From a virus, in IMG/VR virus record IMGVR_UViG_3300020205_002848, positions 1 through 64,000 of that record: a stretch of 64,000 nucleotides of DNA; one strand, 5' to 3'. Shown here piece by piece: positions 1 to 10,664 of the stretch. The position numbers were made by a program, and so were the translations under genes. The notes beneath the pieces are model-generated. The model saw only the letters and a program-made list of their open reading frames with translations. It was not told the DNA's origin and made no database searches. The first letter of the stretch is position 1. Each line of letters starts with the position of its first letter.

Positions 1-3000
1 CTTGATCCTGATGTGCCTCTTGTACCCGAAGTACCGAAAGTACCACTTGTACCAGATGATCCAGCAGTTCCAGATGTTCCGTTAGCACCACTTGTTCCAC
101 TTGAACCCGATGTACCGTTAGCACCACTTGTTCCACTTGAACCCGATGTACCGTTAGCGCCACTTGTTCCACTTGATCCTGATGTACCTCTTGTGCCCGA
201 AGTACCGAAAGTACCACTTGTACCAGATGATCCAGCAGTTCCTGAAGTACCGTTAGCACCACTTGTTCCACTTGATCCTGATGTACCGAAAGTACCACTT
301 GTACCAGATGATCCAGCAGTTCCGGATGTTCCGTTAGCACCACTTGTTCCACTTGAACCCGATGTACCTCTTGTACCTGAAGTACCGAAAGTACCACTTG
401 TACCAGATGATCCGTTAGCACCACTTGTTCCAGCAGTTCCAGATGTTCCGTTAGCACCACTTGTTCCAGCAGTTCCAGATGTTCCGTTAGCACCACTTGT
501 TCCAGCAGTTCCAGATGTTCCGTTAGCGCCACTTGTTCCACTTGATCCTGATGTGCCTCTTGTACCCGAAGTACCGAAAGTACCACTTGATCCTGATGTC
601 CCAGCAGCCCCTGATGTTCCACTAGTTCCTGCTGCCGTCCAAGACGCATTACCTGCGGCGTCTGATGTTAAAACATATCCAGCAGTTGGTGACGTTGTCA
701 TTTGGAAGTTTGTGGTTTTTGTTTTTCCACTTACGTCTAATTTTTCGGTTGGAATTGTTGTTCCAATACCAACATTACCAGTATTATCTATAACAAATTG
801 TGTAGTATCTGGGTTAGTACCATCTTCAACAACAAATGAATTACCTGTTCCTGTTTGTGTAATTCTAACCATATCATCCGTAGTTGAACCAGAAGCAATT
901 ATTAAAGGTGATGATTGAGAACCAGAAACGTGAAGTTTAGCATTAGGTGTAGCTGTCCCTATACCTACATTGCCTCCACCAATACCTAGCGCTATATCAT
1001 TTGTTGAATTTCTATTTATATAAAATGCTGTGTTATCTGACTCAATAGTACCTTGACCGGGATATATTGTAAAAGCTCTGTTATTAAGATCAGCATACAC
1101 TCTAAGTTGTGGATTATTCGATCTAATATCTAACTCATGACCAGGAGCAGTTGTACCAATACCAACATTACCGGAAGCATTAATAACGAATGGTGTTGCA
1201 TCTGGATTAGTTGAATCTTCTACAACAAATGCATTACCGCTACCCAATTGTGTTATTCTAACCATATCATCAGTAGTTGATCCAGAAACTTTTAATTGAG
1301 AGAAAGTTGCTCCCGCTGCTCTAATATTTGAATATGATGTTACAGTAACACTTCCATTAATACTTGAAGAATCATTTGTTTGAGCAAATACAAACTCATC
1401 AGATGATTCAGACCATATAAAGGCTTGTGTAGCCCCAGTTCCCCTGTTAATCATCAAACCAGAATCTAAAACCGGAGCTCCTGTTTGAGTACCAGCTAAT
1501 AATATGATTGGGTCTTGTACAAATAAATTTTGTGAATTTATTGTTGAAGATGTTCCAGTTACAACTAAGTTACCCGTTAATGTTAACGTTGAACCATCAA
1601 AAGTTAAATTTGATTCTACAGTAGCATTAGGAGCTGACCCATTTAATGTAATTAAACCATTATCGGTTGTACCAGTTAATAGTAGAAGACCTGATGATCC
1701 AGATGTACCTCTTGTTCCTGATGTACCGAAAGTTCCACTTGTTCCTGATGTACCTCTTGTTCCAGATGATCCACTTGTTCCAGCACGCCTCTCTAAACTA
1801 ATTCCACAAAGTCCAGCCACAGCAGGACTACTATTCCAAACACCACTTAACGGTGAGACCGTATCGATTCCATAAGTTCTATAAGTACCAGAATCAGCAA
1901 CACTAGTAATTCGAAGTGTCCCAAAGTTAGTAACCGCTAATGTATTATCATTAGACCTAATTATAAATATATCACCAATGGATATCGTATCTAAATAATT
2001 AACTTGACTATTACCCAAAGCATCAGTCTCATTAATATAGACAGTGTTTATATTACCAAATCCAGAACTCCAGTTATAGTGAAATTCACCAACTGCTGGA
2101 GCTGCTATCCCTGTAGCAGAACCACAATTATATAAAAGTGCTGCTAATTGACCTTGTTCACCACTTGTACCTGATGAACCTCTTGTCCCTGATGTACCTG
2201 ATGAACCACTTGATCCTGATGTCCCTCTTGTTCCAGATGATCCAGCAGTTCCTGATGATCCTGATGTCCCTCTTGTACCACTTGTACCACTTGTTCCGGA
2301 TGATCCAGCAGTTCCTGATGAACCACTTGTTCCAGCATCACCAGTTCTATAAAAAGTAATTACACACTCTTCTAGATTTGATGGTATTGTACCACTTATA
2401 CCAATAACTGTAAGACTAAACCAACCGACATTTGTAACTAAAGAGATTAGTTGAAATTGATTAAATGTCGTATCCGAATTTGAATTAGATTTTATTTCAA
2501 TTATACCTTTAACTGGATTGGTACTATTATCCCAAGCCCCTATCGATGTCGCAAAACCCTGGTTATTTATATCAGCTGAACTAATAGCTATCGTAGCTGT
2601 TGTACCAACACTTGTTGTATCATATCTGAAATTACCAGTTCCTGGATCATTACCAACTAGTAATGATGAATCGAAATTAAATCTAATACCAGCAGATTCA
2701 CCTTGTGTCCCTGAAGTACCAGCAGTCCCAGATGTACCTCTTGTTCCAGATGATCCAGCAGTTCCTGAAGTACCTCTTGTTCCAGATGATCCAGCAGTTC
2801 CAGATGATCCAGCAGTTCCAGATGATCCATCAGTTCCTGAAGATCCACTTGTTCCAGATGATCCACTTGTTCCGGATGATCCAGCAGTCCCGGATGATCC
2901 AGCAGTCCCGGATGATCCAGCAGTTCCAGATGATCCAGCAGTTCCAGATGATCCAGCAGTTCCAGATGATCCAGCAGTCCCGGATGATCCACTTGTGCCA

Positions 3001-4705
3001 GATGATCCACTTGTTCCGGATGATCCAGCAGTTCCGGAAGTTCCGTCAATTCCAGATGTTCCAGCAGTTCCAGATGATCCAGCAGTCCCGGATGATCCAC
3101 TTGTACCAGATGATCCAGCAGTCCCGGATGATCCACTTGTACCAGAAGATCCAGCAGTTCCAGAAGATCCAGCAGTCCCGGATGATCCACTTGTGCCAGA
3201 TGAACCACTTGTGCCAGATGAACCACTTGTACCAGATGATCCGGCAGTTCCTGAAGTACCTCTTGTTCCGGATGATCCAGCAGTCCCGGATGATCCAGCA
3301 GTTCCAGATGATCCAGCAGTTCCAGATGATCCAGCAGTTCCTGAAGATCCACTTGTACCAGATGTACCGTTATCACCACTTGTACCAGATGACCCAGCAG
3401 TTCCAGATGTACCGAAAGTACCACTTGTTCCAGATGATCCAGCAGTTCCTGAAGTACCTCTTGTCCCAGATGACCCAGAAGTTCCAGATGATCCATAAGC
3501 TGATGATGTCCATGATGCCAACCCAGTAGCATCAGAAACTAAATAGTATCCATTAGATGCACCTGTTGTTACTTTTAGCTGAGAGAAGGTTGCACCTCCA
3601 GCTCTAATATTTGAATATGTTATAATATCTATATTACCGAATAATGTATGATTGGATTTAGTAGAAGCGAAAATAAATTCATCTTCCGACTCATCCCAAA
3701 CAAACGCTTGTGTTGCCCCAGTTCCTCTATCTACGAACATACCCGCATCAACAGAAGGAGTAGACTGACTATGAGCCAGAACAAATATAGAATCACTAAC
3801 AACTAAACTAGTAGTATCAATTGTAGAAGAAGACCCAAGAATAGAAAATGTACCAATAATTTGAACAGACCCATTAATAACTAATGAATCACCATCAAAT
3901 GTCATATTAGATTCAGCAACTGCTGAATTTGAACTCCCATCAGAAGTTAATATTCTATTATTACCCGGATTTGAAATAGTATTGAATCCAGTCCCTGAAG
4001 AACCAGATGTAGCAGAAGACCCACTTGTACCGGCAGTTCCGGATGATCCAGCAGTCCCGGATGATCCACTTGTTCCAGATGATCCAGCAGTTCCAGATGA
4101 TCCACTTGTTCCTGAAGATCCAGCAGTTCCAGATGATCCACTTGTCCCAGATGATCCAGCAGTTCCAGATGATCCAGCAGTCCCGGATGATCCACTTGTA
4201 CCAGATGATCCACTTGTACCAGATGATCCACTTGTTCCAGATGACCCAGCAGTCCCAGATGACCCAGCAGTCCCAGATGACCCAGCAGTTCCTGAAGATC
4301 CACTTGTTCCAGATGATCCAGCAGTTCCAGATGACCCAGCAGTCCCAGCAGTCCCAGATGACCCAGCAGTCCCTGAAGATCCACTTGTTCCTGAAGATCC
4401 ACTTGTCCCAGATGACCCAGCAGTCCCTGAAGATCCACTTGTTCCTGAAGATCCAGCAGTTCCAGATGATCCAGCAGTTCCAGATGACCCAGCAGTCCCA
4501 GATGACCCAGCAGTCCCAGATGACCCAGCAGTTCCTGAAGATCCACTTGTACCAGATGACCCAGCAGTTCCAGATGATCCAGCAGTTCCTGAAGATCCAC
4601 TTGTTCCAGATGACCCAGCAGTTCCAGATGATCCAGCAGTTCCAGATGACCCAGCAGTTCCAGATGATCCAGCAGTTCCAGATGACCCAGCAGTTCCCGA
4701 AGTAC
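1..4705 (-). repeat. Coding tandem 9/18-nt repeats encoding (G-T-S/G-S-S/G-T-A)n at about 1-640, 1690-1785, 2150-2340, 2700-3500 and 3990-4705
   Basis: Repeated units such as ccagatgat/ccagcagtt/ccacttgtt; Gly is every third residue on the minus strand. Confidence 0.95.
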
Positions 4706-5039
4706 CAACAACACTAGTATCAACTGTTAATAACCAGTCTGACCCATTACTCTGTAAGGTAATACTTTGATTTTGCAAAAGTGATTTGGTTAACAAACCA
4801 TCAATTGTTTGTGATAGTGTGGTACCTACAGTTATTAATCCGCTTCCGCTATTCTTAATAACATATATTTTACCAACTACACCAATAGATGTCGGTAAAA
4901 GAACATTAAATGTACCAGAGATACAATCAATAAGGTAATCATCAGATATTATAGTGTATGCACTATTTACTGAAACATAAGGAAATGTTACACCTCCTAA
5001 AGATACAAGGCCTCTCCTTGCTACGAATTCATTAGCCAT
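1..5039 (-). CDS. Very long tail-fibre-like virion protein with five Gly-X-Y (GTS/GSS/GSA) repeat tracts; 3' end runs off the window
   Basis: ATG at 5039 (MANEFVARRGLVSLGG...); the same frame reads GTSGS at positions 3-17 and was open where spot-checked. Absent from the ORF track because its stop lies outside the window. Contains ESNLTFDG..DSGL.INRG.GATQAFIW modules and GIGTT.P repeats typical of fibres. Confidence 0.85.
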   Translation of the reverse strand, partial: MANEFVARRGLVSLGGVTFPYVSVNSAYTIISDDYLIDCISGTFNVLLPTSIGVVGKIYVIKNSGSGLITVGTTLSQTIDGLLTKSLLQNQSITLQSNGSDWLLTVDTSVVGTSGTAGSSGTAGSSGTAGSSGTAGSSGTAGSSGTSGSSGTAGSSGTAGSSGTSGSSGTAGSSGTAGSSGTAGSSGTAGSSGTAGSSGTSGSSGTAGSSGTSGSSGTSGSSGTAGSSGTAGTAGSSGTAGSSGTSGSSGTAGSSGTAGSSGTAGSSGTSGSSGTSGSSGTSGSSGTAGSSGTAGSSGTSGSSGTAGSSGTSGSSGTAGSSGTSGSSGTAGSSGTAGTSGSSATSGSSGTGFNTISNPGNNRILTSDGSSNSAVAESNMTFDGDSLVINGSVQIIGTFSILGSSSTIDTTSLVVSDSIFVLAHSQSTPSVDAGMFVDRGTGATQAFVWDESEDEFIFASTKSNHTLFGNIDIITYSNIRAGGATFSQLKVTTGASNGYYLVSDATGLASWTSSAYGSSGTSGSSGTRGTSGTAGSSGTSGTFGTSGTAGSSGTSGDNGTSGTSGSSGTAGSSGTAGSSGTAGSSGTAGSSGTRGTSGTAGSSGTSGSSGTSGSSGTSGSSGTAGSSGTAGSSGTSGSSGTAGSSGTSGSSGTAGSSGTAGTSGIDGTSGTAGSSGTSGSSGTSGSSGTAGSSGTAGSSGTAGSSGTAGSSGTAGSSGTAGSSGTSGSSGTSGSSGTDGSSGTAGSSGTAGSSGTRGTSGTAGSSGTRGTSGTAGTSGTQGESAGIRFNFDSSLLVGNDPGTGNFRYDTTSVGTTATIAISSADINNQGFATSIGAWDNSTNPVKGIIEIKSNSNSDTTFNQFQLISLVTNVGWFSLTVIGISGTIPSNLEECVITFYRTGDAGTSGSSGTAGSSGTSGTSGTRGTSGSSGTAGSSGTRGTSGSSGSSGTSGTRGSSGTSGEQGQLAALLYNCGSATGIAAPAVGEFHYNWSSGFGNINTVYINETDALGNSQVNYLDTISIGDIFIIRSNDNTLAVTNFGTLRITSVADSGTYRTYGIDTVSPLSGVWNSSPAVAGLCGISLERRAGTSGSSGTRGTSGTSGTFGTSGTRGTSGSSGLLLLTGTTDNGLITLNGSAPNATVESNLTFDGSTLTLTGNLVVTGTSSTINSQNLFVQDPIILLAGTQTGAPVLDSGLMINRGTGATQAFIWSESSDEFVFAQTNDSSSINGSVTVTSYSNIRAAGATFSQLKVSGSTTDDMVRITQLGSGNAFVVEDSTNPDATPFVINASGNVGIGTTAPGHELDIRSNNPQLRVYADLNNRAFTIYPGQGTIESDNTAFYINRNSTNDIALGIGGGNVGIGTATPNAKLHVSGSQSSPLIIASGSTTDDMVRITQTGTGNSFVVEDGTNPDTTQFVIDNTGNVGIGTTIPTEKLDVSGKTKTTNFQMTTSPTAGYVLTSDAAGNASWTAAGTSGTSGAAGTSGSSGTFGTSGTRGTSGSSGTSGANGTSGTAGTSGANGTSGTAGTSGANGTSGTAGTSGANGSSGTSGTFGTSGTRGTSGSSGTSGANGTSGTAGSSGTSGTFGTSGSSGTSGANGTSGTAGSSGTSGTFGTSGTRGTSGSSGTSGANGTSGSSGTSGANGTSGSSGTSGANGTSGTAGSSGTSGTFGTSGTRGTSGS

Positions 5040-5118
5040 TAATTTAATTTTCTTTTTTCACTTTCCAAAAGAAGTTGTTAGCTATATATATTAAATATAT
5101 TTTATCTAAAAAAGAAAA

Positions 5119-5820
5119 TTACAACCCAAATCTTGATTTTGTGGTATTATAGTTCTGTGAAATCTCAGATTGTGATAAAGTTTTACTATAAACAAAAGTA
5201 GCGGATATTCTACCTGGGAAATACCATGTCCTAGTTGGACTAGAATAAGCACCCAATCCAAAATACAAACTAGTATTTAAATAACTACCATTAACACCAC
5301 TAATACTATTCTCTTTAACACCATTCACATATATAGACTTAGTACCAGTTGATGAATCATATGTACAATATATATTATACCATTTACCAGCTACCCAGTT
5401 ATTAGTAGTTGTTAATAAATTATCATTAGGTGTTTTAGTCTCAAATGTTATTTGACCACCCGAATTTAGAAAATAAATGTAATTATCAGTAGTATCCTGA
5501 GCCTCAAATAACATATAATAATCATTATTTGAAGAACTTATAGTAGATGTGGGTGAAAACCAAATTCCAAATGAATAATTATCTATTATATTATTATCAG
5601 ACAACTGAGGAATTGAAACATACTCATTCAACCCTGTCATTAAAAAACAACCTTTGTTATCCGATAAAAATGGAGGGGAACCGAGTAAAGAAGAATCTTT
5701 AAAACTCTTACTAGTATCAAACCAAGTATCACCAGAACCTGAATAAGATTTACTATTACCAGCGTCTAAATAAAGTATTAAACTATCGTTAATTACTTTA
5801 GGTGAATAATGAAAAGCCAT
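5119..5820 (-). CDS. LamG/concanavalin A-like lectin domain virion protein
   Basis: LILYLDAGN..SY.GSG.TW.D start; WYNIYCTYD..KSIYVNG; F.G.I....VY.K.LS..EI.QNY end. Confidence 0.8.
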   Translation of the reverse strand: MAFHYSPKVINDSLILYLDAGNSKSYSGSGDTWFDTSKSFKDSSLLGSPPFLSDNKGCFLMTGLNEYVSIPQLSDNNIIDNYSFGIWFSPTSTISSSNNDYYMLFEAQDTTDNYIYFLNSGGQITFETKTPNDNLLTTTNNWVAGKWYNIYCTYDSSTGTKSIYVNGVKENSISGVNGSYLNTSLYFGLGAYSSPTRTWYFPGRISATFVYSKTLSQSEISQNYNTTKSRFGL

Positions 5821-5821
5821 A

Positions 5822-8128
5822 TTATATACCTCTTATTATAGTTTTCGCAGTCCATCCAGTAGTAGTAGAAACGCCTTGTAAGACAGCATAAGTACCTGAA
5901 ATAACAAATGAAAATGTAAATCCCGAAGTGGTTCCAATATCCATAGTTGAAGTATCGGTATATTTAATTGTACTCCCTTGCCAAACAGCAGTTAATGTAC
6001 CAGCTCTCAAATTAGAACCATTAGAAATATTATAATCAACATGAGCACTTGTATAAGATGCAGTTGCGAATGAGTAAATAGAAGAAGATGTTGTACCAAT
6101 AGTCGCCTTTTTAGTGGTGTAAAGTGATTGAGCTTGATAATCTCCTATAATTGTAGTATTATCAGAAAAGACTTCTAAAATAGGGAGTCCTGATATGTCA
6201 TTAACACTAAATAAAGACCCAACTAAGCTATCATTAACACTAAATAACTCACCATTAGTACCATTAACAGAAAATACTGTTGAATTAGCAGAAGAACCAA
6301 TTACTGTTAATACACTTGCAGTTCCTAAAATAGTAACTTTAGAAGATGTAGAAACAGTACCTATACTAACATTTACACCATTATCATAAATAGAACTAGT
6401 TGATGATAAATTATTTGAAGATAACCATCTTGGTACATAATTGGTAGTCCCTGAAGCAGTAACTACATTTAAACTTGATAAAGATGTCCACGTTCCAATT
6501 CCAACCGAGTCAGAAGATAATAAATATCCACTAGCTGCCCCGTATGTTATTTTAATTTGAGAAGCGGTTAATCCACCAACACTTAAATTAGAATATCCAG
6601 TAATATTTATATTTCCAATTACATCAGATGCATCATCAGTTGATATTAAAGCAAATTCATCTAAAGATTCATCCCAAATAAAAGCTTGTGTAGCCCCACT
6701 CCCTCTATTTATCATTAATCCAGAATCCAACGTAGGTGCTCCTGATTGAGTAGATGCTAATAAAATTAAAGGGTCTTGTACTAATAAATTTTGAGTATTT
6801 ACAGTTGTTGATGTTCCGCTTATTGTTAAATTACCAGAAATAACAGCATCACCATAAACATTTAATACAGAACCATCAAATGTTAAATTAGATTCAACTG
6901 TACCATTTGGAGCTGAACCATCTAATGTAATTAAACCATTATCGGTTGTACCTGTTAAAGATAGCAAACCTGATGTACCTGCTGTACCTGCTGTACCACT
7001 TGTTCCTGCTGACCCAGATGTTCCACTTGTTCCTGCAGTTCCACTTGTTCCACTTGTTCCATCAAGACCAGATGTTCCACTTGTTCCCATACTAACAGCA
7101 TTATCAACATATGCTTTATCCACTAATGAGTGAGTAACAAATGTTGCTGAATAATCAGCATCATAAACCAATCCCTCACCATTTGTTATACCAACAGATC
7201 CAGAATTAGCAACGAATGATAAATCACCACCAGTTGCAACTAAATCTATACCAGTATCACCCAATATTTGAATATTACCAATTCCAGCATCTAAACTAAT
7301 AAAACCAGCTTCAACATCAAAGACAGAACCAGTAAGTGTAATATAACCCGAATTACCGATAGTTAAATCATATCCACTACCATTTATTAATGTATTTTGT
7401 GATAATGTACCACCTAATGAAACAATGTCTGAAATAATTGATAATCCATTACCCGTATTAACATCTAAAGTAATAAATCCAGAAGTACCACCTCCAGATA
7501 AACCATCACCAGCAGTAACACCAGTTATGAAATCACCATTAATTATAGAAACTGCATTATCAACATATGATTTATCAACTAATGAGTGAGTAACAAATGT
7601 TGATGAATAGTCGGTAACATATACCAACCCTTCTCCATTTGAAATATTAACAGATCCAGAATTAGCAACCAGTGATAAATCCCCACCAGTTGAAATAATA
7701 TCTATACCACTATCACCTAATATCTGAACAGATCCTGTACCAGAATCTAAACTGATAAAACTAGATTCAACATCAAAGACCGAACTAGTAAATAAAATAT
7801 AATCAACATTTCCTACAGTAAAGTCATAATCAACTCCTGTAAATGAAACGCTATTTGTAGAAATAATAAAATCGGTGTTATTAGCAGATAAAGAAATATT
7901 ATTATCACTATAACCGACAACTGAATCTAGTCCAGTATTACCATCAATTCCAACTTTAAAATTAGATTGTGTTGATTGAACATATAATTGACCATAAATA
8001 TTAAATTTATTATCAGATTGGCTCCAATTTAATCTATCATAATTTTCACTTACAACACTATTTGTTCCTAAGAAGAGAACAGATCCTTGTGAAGCTCCGT
8101 GTATTTGTTTAATATCTTGTTGAGCCAT
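5822..8128 (-). CDS. Tail fibre/virion protein with internal duplication and a short GTS repeat
   Basis: Duplicated GEGLVY..DYS.TFVTHSLVDK.YVDNAVS block; shares the ESNLTFDG/DSGLMINRG module with the 1-5039 protein. Confidence 0.75.
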   Translation of the reverse strand: MAQQDIKQIHGASQGSVLFLGTNSVVSENYDRLNWSQSDNKFNIYGQLYVQSTQSNFKVGIDGNTGLDSVVGYSDNNISLSANNTDFIISTNSVSFTGVDYDFTVGNVDYILFTSSVFDVESSFISLDSGTGSVQILGDSGIDIISTGGDLSLVANSGSVNISNGEGLVYVTDYSSTFVTHSLVDKSYVDNAVSIINGDFITGVTAGDGLSGGGTSGFITLDVNTGNGLSIISDIVSLGGTLSQNTLINGSGYDLTIGNSGYITLTGSVFDVEAGFISLDAGIGNIQILGDTGIDLVATGGDLSFVANSGSVGITNGEGLVYDADYSATFVTHSLVDKAYVDNAVSMGTSGTSGLDGTSGTSGTAGTSGTSGSAGTSGTAGTAGTSGLLSLTGTTDNGLITLDGSAPNGTVESNLTFDGSVLNVYGDAVISGNLTISGTSTTVNTQNLLVQDPLILLASTQSGAPTLDSGLMINRGSGATQAFIWDESLDEFALISTDDASDVIGNINITGYSNLSVGGLTASQIKITYGAASGYLLSSDSVGIGTWTSLSSLNVVTASGTTNYVPRWLSSNNLSSTSSIYDNGVNVSIGTVSTSSKVTILGTASVLTVIGSSANSTVFSVNGTNGELFSVNDSLVGSLFSVNDISGLPILEVFSDNTTIIGDYQAQSLYTTKKATIGTTSSSIYSFATASYTSAHVDYNISNGSNLRAGTLTAVWQGSTIKYTDTSTMDIGTTSGFTFSFVISGTYAVLQGVSTTTGWTAKTIIRGI

Positions 8129-8231
8129 TTAACGACTAAATAATTTTTTACATAGTATATATTAAAATAAAATATTCTATTTTGAATAGAGTGTAAAAAA
8201 AATAGAGATTATAACAGACACCTTTTATATT

Positions 8232-10631
8232 TTATGCTTCATAGACTATAGATATTGAGTCTGTAGTAGCTAAATTAAAGTTAGCATATACACCATTCCA
8301 ATATAGAGTATCACCAGCATTTAAAGCATTTAGAGTAACAGGAGTACCACCACCATCATTACTGAAATAACAATCACTTGATAATGTACCATCTCCTAAA
8401 TATTGAAGTTGTCCATTTACAAAAACTTGAACTCTTGAATAAATATTTGGAACACTTGATAAAACCATTCCTGTAGTAGACGCATCTCCTGAAGTTACCA
8501 ATGAGCTTTGTCTATCATATACAGCACTAGAACCCACAGTATTTATAACACTATCAACATATCCTTTAGTTACAACAGAGAATGTTGTAAAGTTTGCACT
8601 ATAATCATCAAAATAAACCAAACCTTTACTATAGACATCATCAGTAATAACTATTCTATTATTAGAAGACCCATCACCAACACCAATTGTTTTATCCAAA
8701 ATGGATAGTTCAAGGTTAACAATATCAGCATTATCAAAAGATTCTATTAAAATCCCCTGAGTATTAATCAAATCAATACGTGAGTATGTACCTGCATCTA
8801 TTGCAGTTTCTAAATTAATACCAAATTCATCAGTAAAGACATATGAAGTTTTATCATTATTATAAGTTCTAATTTGAGTAGATGTAGATGATGTAACAGA
8901 AAAAGTACCAGCACCGCTGATAAAAAATTCATATCCATTACCGTTAATTATAGTACTTTGTGACAGAGTTCCCCCTAATACAACATTATCATTATAAGTA
9001 GATAATCCATTATCAACATTTACAGCTAAGCTAAGAGAACCCGAACTACCACCACCTGTTAAACCATTACCCGCAATTACTTCAGTAACATCACCCGTCA
9101 ATGCTGGATTAAGCCATTCGAATTGACCAGATGTATTATACCCTAAGGTCCATCCTTGTGAAGCCGAAGCACTGTTAGTAACATCAAATCTAGAAGCTGT
9201 CAAAGAAGCAAGAGTAACCTCTGCAGTAACTGAATCACCTGTTGTAACAGAAAAGTCAATTGTTGACCCATTTACGAAGTTACCACCTTGGAAAATTTGT
9301 GTCTCAGAAGCTGAAGCAAAATCATTAACTTGTGTTGATGATATACTAATAGATACTGATGTAGCCCCAGTTAATTGACCTTGTGAATTAACAGTAAATG
9401 TAGATACTGAATTAGTATTACCATAATTACCAGCAGTAACAGATGTATTACCAATTGAAAGTGTATTACCCGATTTTGTTAAACCAGTACCTGATTCGGT
9501 TATAATTGTAGATTCTGACCCAGATAGACCAACCGCCCATAAAGAGTTAGAAGAATCCCAAATTAATGAAGAATAAGTACCACCACCTAAATTAATTTCA
9601 ATTCCAGAATCAAAAATGTTATAAGGACCACTATAAGTAGCATTTAATGTTATTTTATTATCAACTACATATAAATTTTCAGTATTAATATACGAAACTG
9701 TACCATTTACTGTTAAATCACCATCAATAGTAACAGAATCTTGAAAAGTTCTATTACCAGTAATTGTATCTTTCAACCTAACTTGATTATTAGAACCAAC
9801 TTCTAATGAATCAGAATTTAATTCCAATGTTATATTATCTCCTGAGAATGTTAAACCAGAGTTAACTTGTAAATTAACATCTAATGCAGAACCATTACTA
9901 GTAAGACCAGCACCTGCTAAAGATGAAGTAATTTCTGAAGTATTAACAGATAAAATTCCACTATTTAAATCCAAACCATTTCCAGCAATATTTGAATCTA
10001 TAATAATATTATCTCCTGAGAATGTCAAACCGCTATTCACTCCAAGATTAACATCTAAATTTATATAACCAGCAGTTCCACCACCACTTAAACCATTACC
10101 AGCAGTAACACCTAAAATAGTACCAATTCCCGAACCAGCACTAAAACCCTTTGTTCCAACATATTTATAAAATGTTATCTTTGGGGGAAAAGATAAACTA
10201 ACACCTGAAGGTAAAGCTCCATAAAATGTTAATAAACCAGCAGTGTTGTCAACTAACCAATCACCCTGTCCAAATGCTATCTGTGTTGTTCCGTCATTTT
10301 TATAAAGTGAGTAATTATAAGTCCCGTTACTATAATTAAATGGTATCGAATCAACTAAATTAGCACTATAATATGATAAGTTAGTAGAACCAGAAACGTG
10401 AGTTAAAACCTGCTTCTCAAAATACTGAACAACTCCTTGTGAAGCTCCACTGGGCGACAAAGTAGGGGCAGTAGTCGGAATTAAGTCTGACTGTGACCAA
10501 ATTTGGTTACTATATACTAAATCTCTTCCAAGATAAGCCTCTCCGAAAAATTGTTTAGAAACAAGTGTCTCACCTACTCCCACTGATTTCTTAAATAATC
10601 TACTTGCTATTTGCGATGCGGTTAATGCCAT
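8232..10631 (-). CDS. Virion structural/tail fibre protein
   Basis: 799 aa, Gly/Ser/Thr-rich, repeated AG.GL.GGG..G motifs; C-terminal VFVNGQ..YFS.DGG.T module shared with 13003-14577. Confidence 0.7.
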   Translation of the reverse strand: MALTASQIASRLFKKSVGVGETLVSKQFFGEAYLGRDLVYSNQIWSQSDLIPTTAPTLSPSGASQGVVQYFEKQVLTHVSGSTNLSYYSANLVDSIPFNYSNGTYNYSLYKNDGTTQIAFGQGDWLVDNTAGLLTFYGALPSGVSLSFPPKITFYKYVGTKGFSAGSGIGTILGVTAGNGLSGGGTAGYINLDVNLGVNSGLTFSGDNIIIDSNIAGNGLDLNSGILSVNTSEITSSLAGAGLTSNGSALDVNLQVNSGLTFSGDNITLELNSDSLEVGSNNQVRLKDTITGNRTFQDSVTIDGDLTVNGTVSYINTENLYVVDNKITLNATYSGPYNIFDSGIEINLGGGTYSSLIWDSSNSLWAVGLSGSESTIITESGTGLTKSGNTLSIGNTSVTAGNYGNTNSVSTFTVNSQGQLTGATSVSISISSTQVNDFASASETQIFQGGNFVNGSTIDFSVTTGDSVTAEVTLASLTASRFDVTNSASASQGWTLGYNTSGQFEWLNPALTGDVTEVIAGNGLTGGGSSGSLSLAVNVDNGLSTYNDNVVLGGTLSQSTIINGNGYEFFISGAGTFSVTSSTSTQIRTYNNDKTSYVFTDEFGINLETAIDAGTYSRIDLINTQGILIESFDNADIVNLELSILDKTIGVGDGSSNNRIVITDDVYSKGLVYFDDYSANFTTFSVVTKGYVDSVINTVGSSAVYDRQSSLVTSGDASTTGMVLSSVPNIYSRVQVFVNGQLQYLGDGTLSSDCYFSNDGGGTPVTLNALNAGDTLYWNGVYANFNLATTDSISIVYEA

Positions 10632-10664
10632 TTTTTATATTTGTTTTTTTCTTTCTTTATTTAT

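Noticed and set aside
13-4770. Long VPDDP-, MIQQF- and LLDHLE-rich ORFs in the ORF track
   Set aside because: Antisense or out-of-frame shadows of the Gly-X-Y repeats in the real minus-strand gene 1-5039; the same applies to 34777-35331
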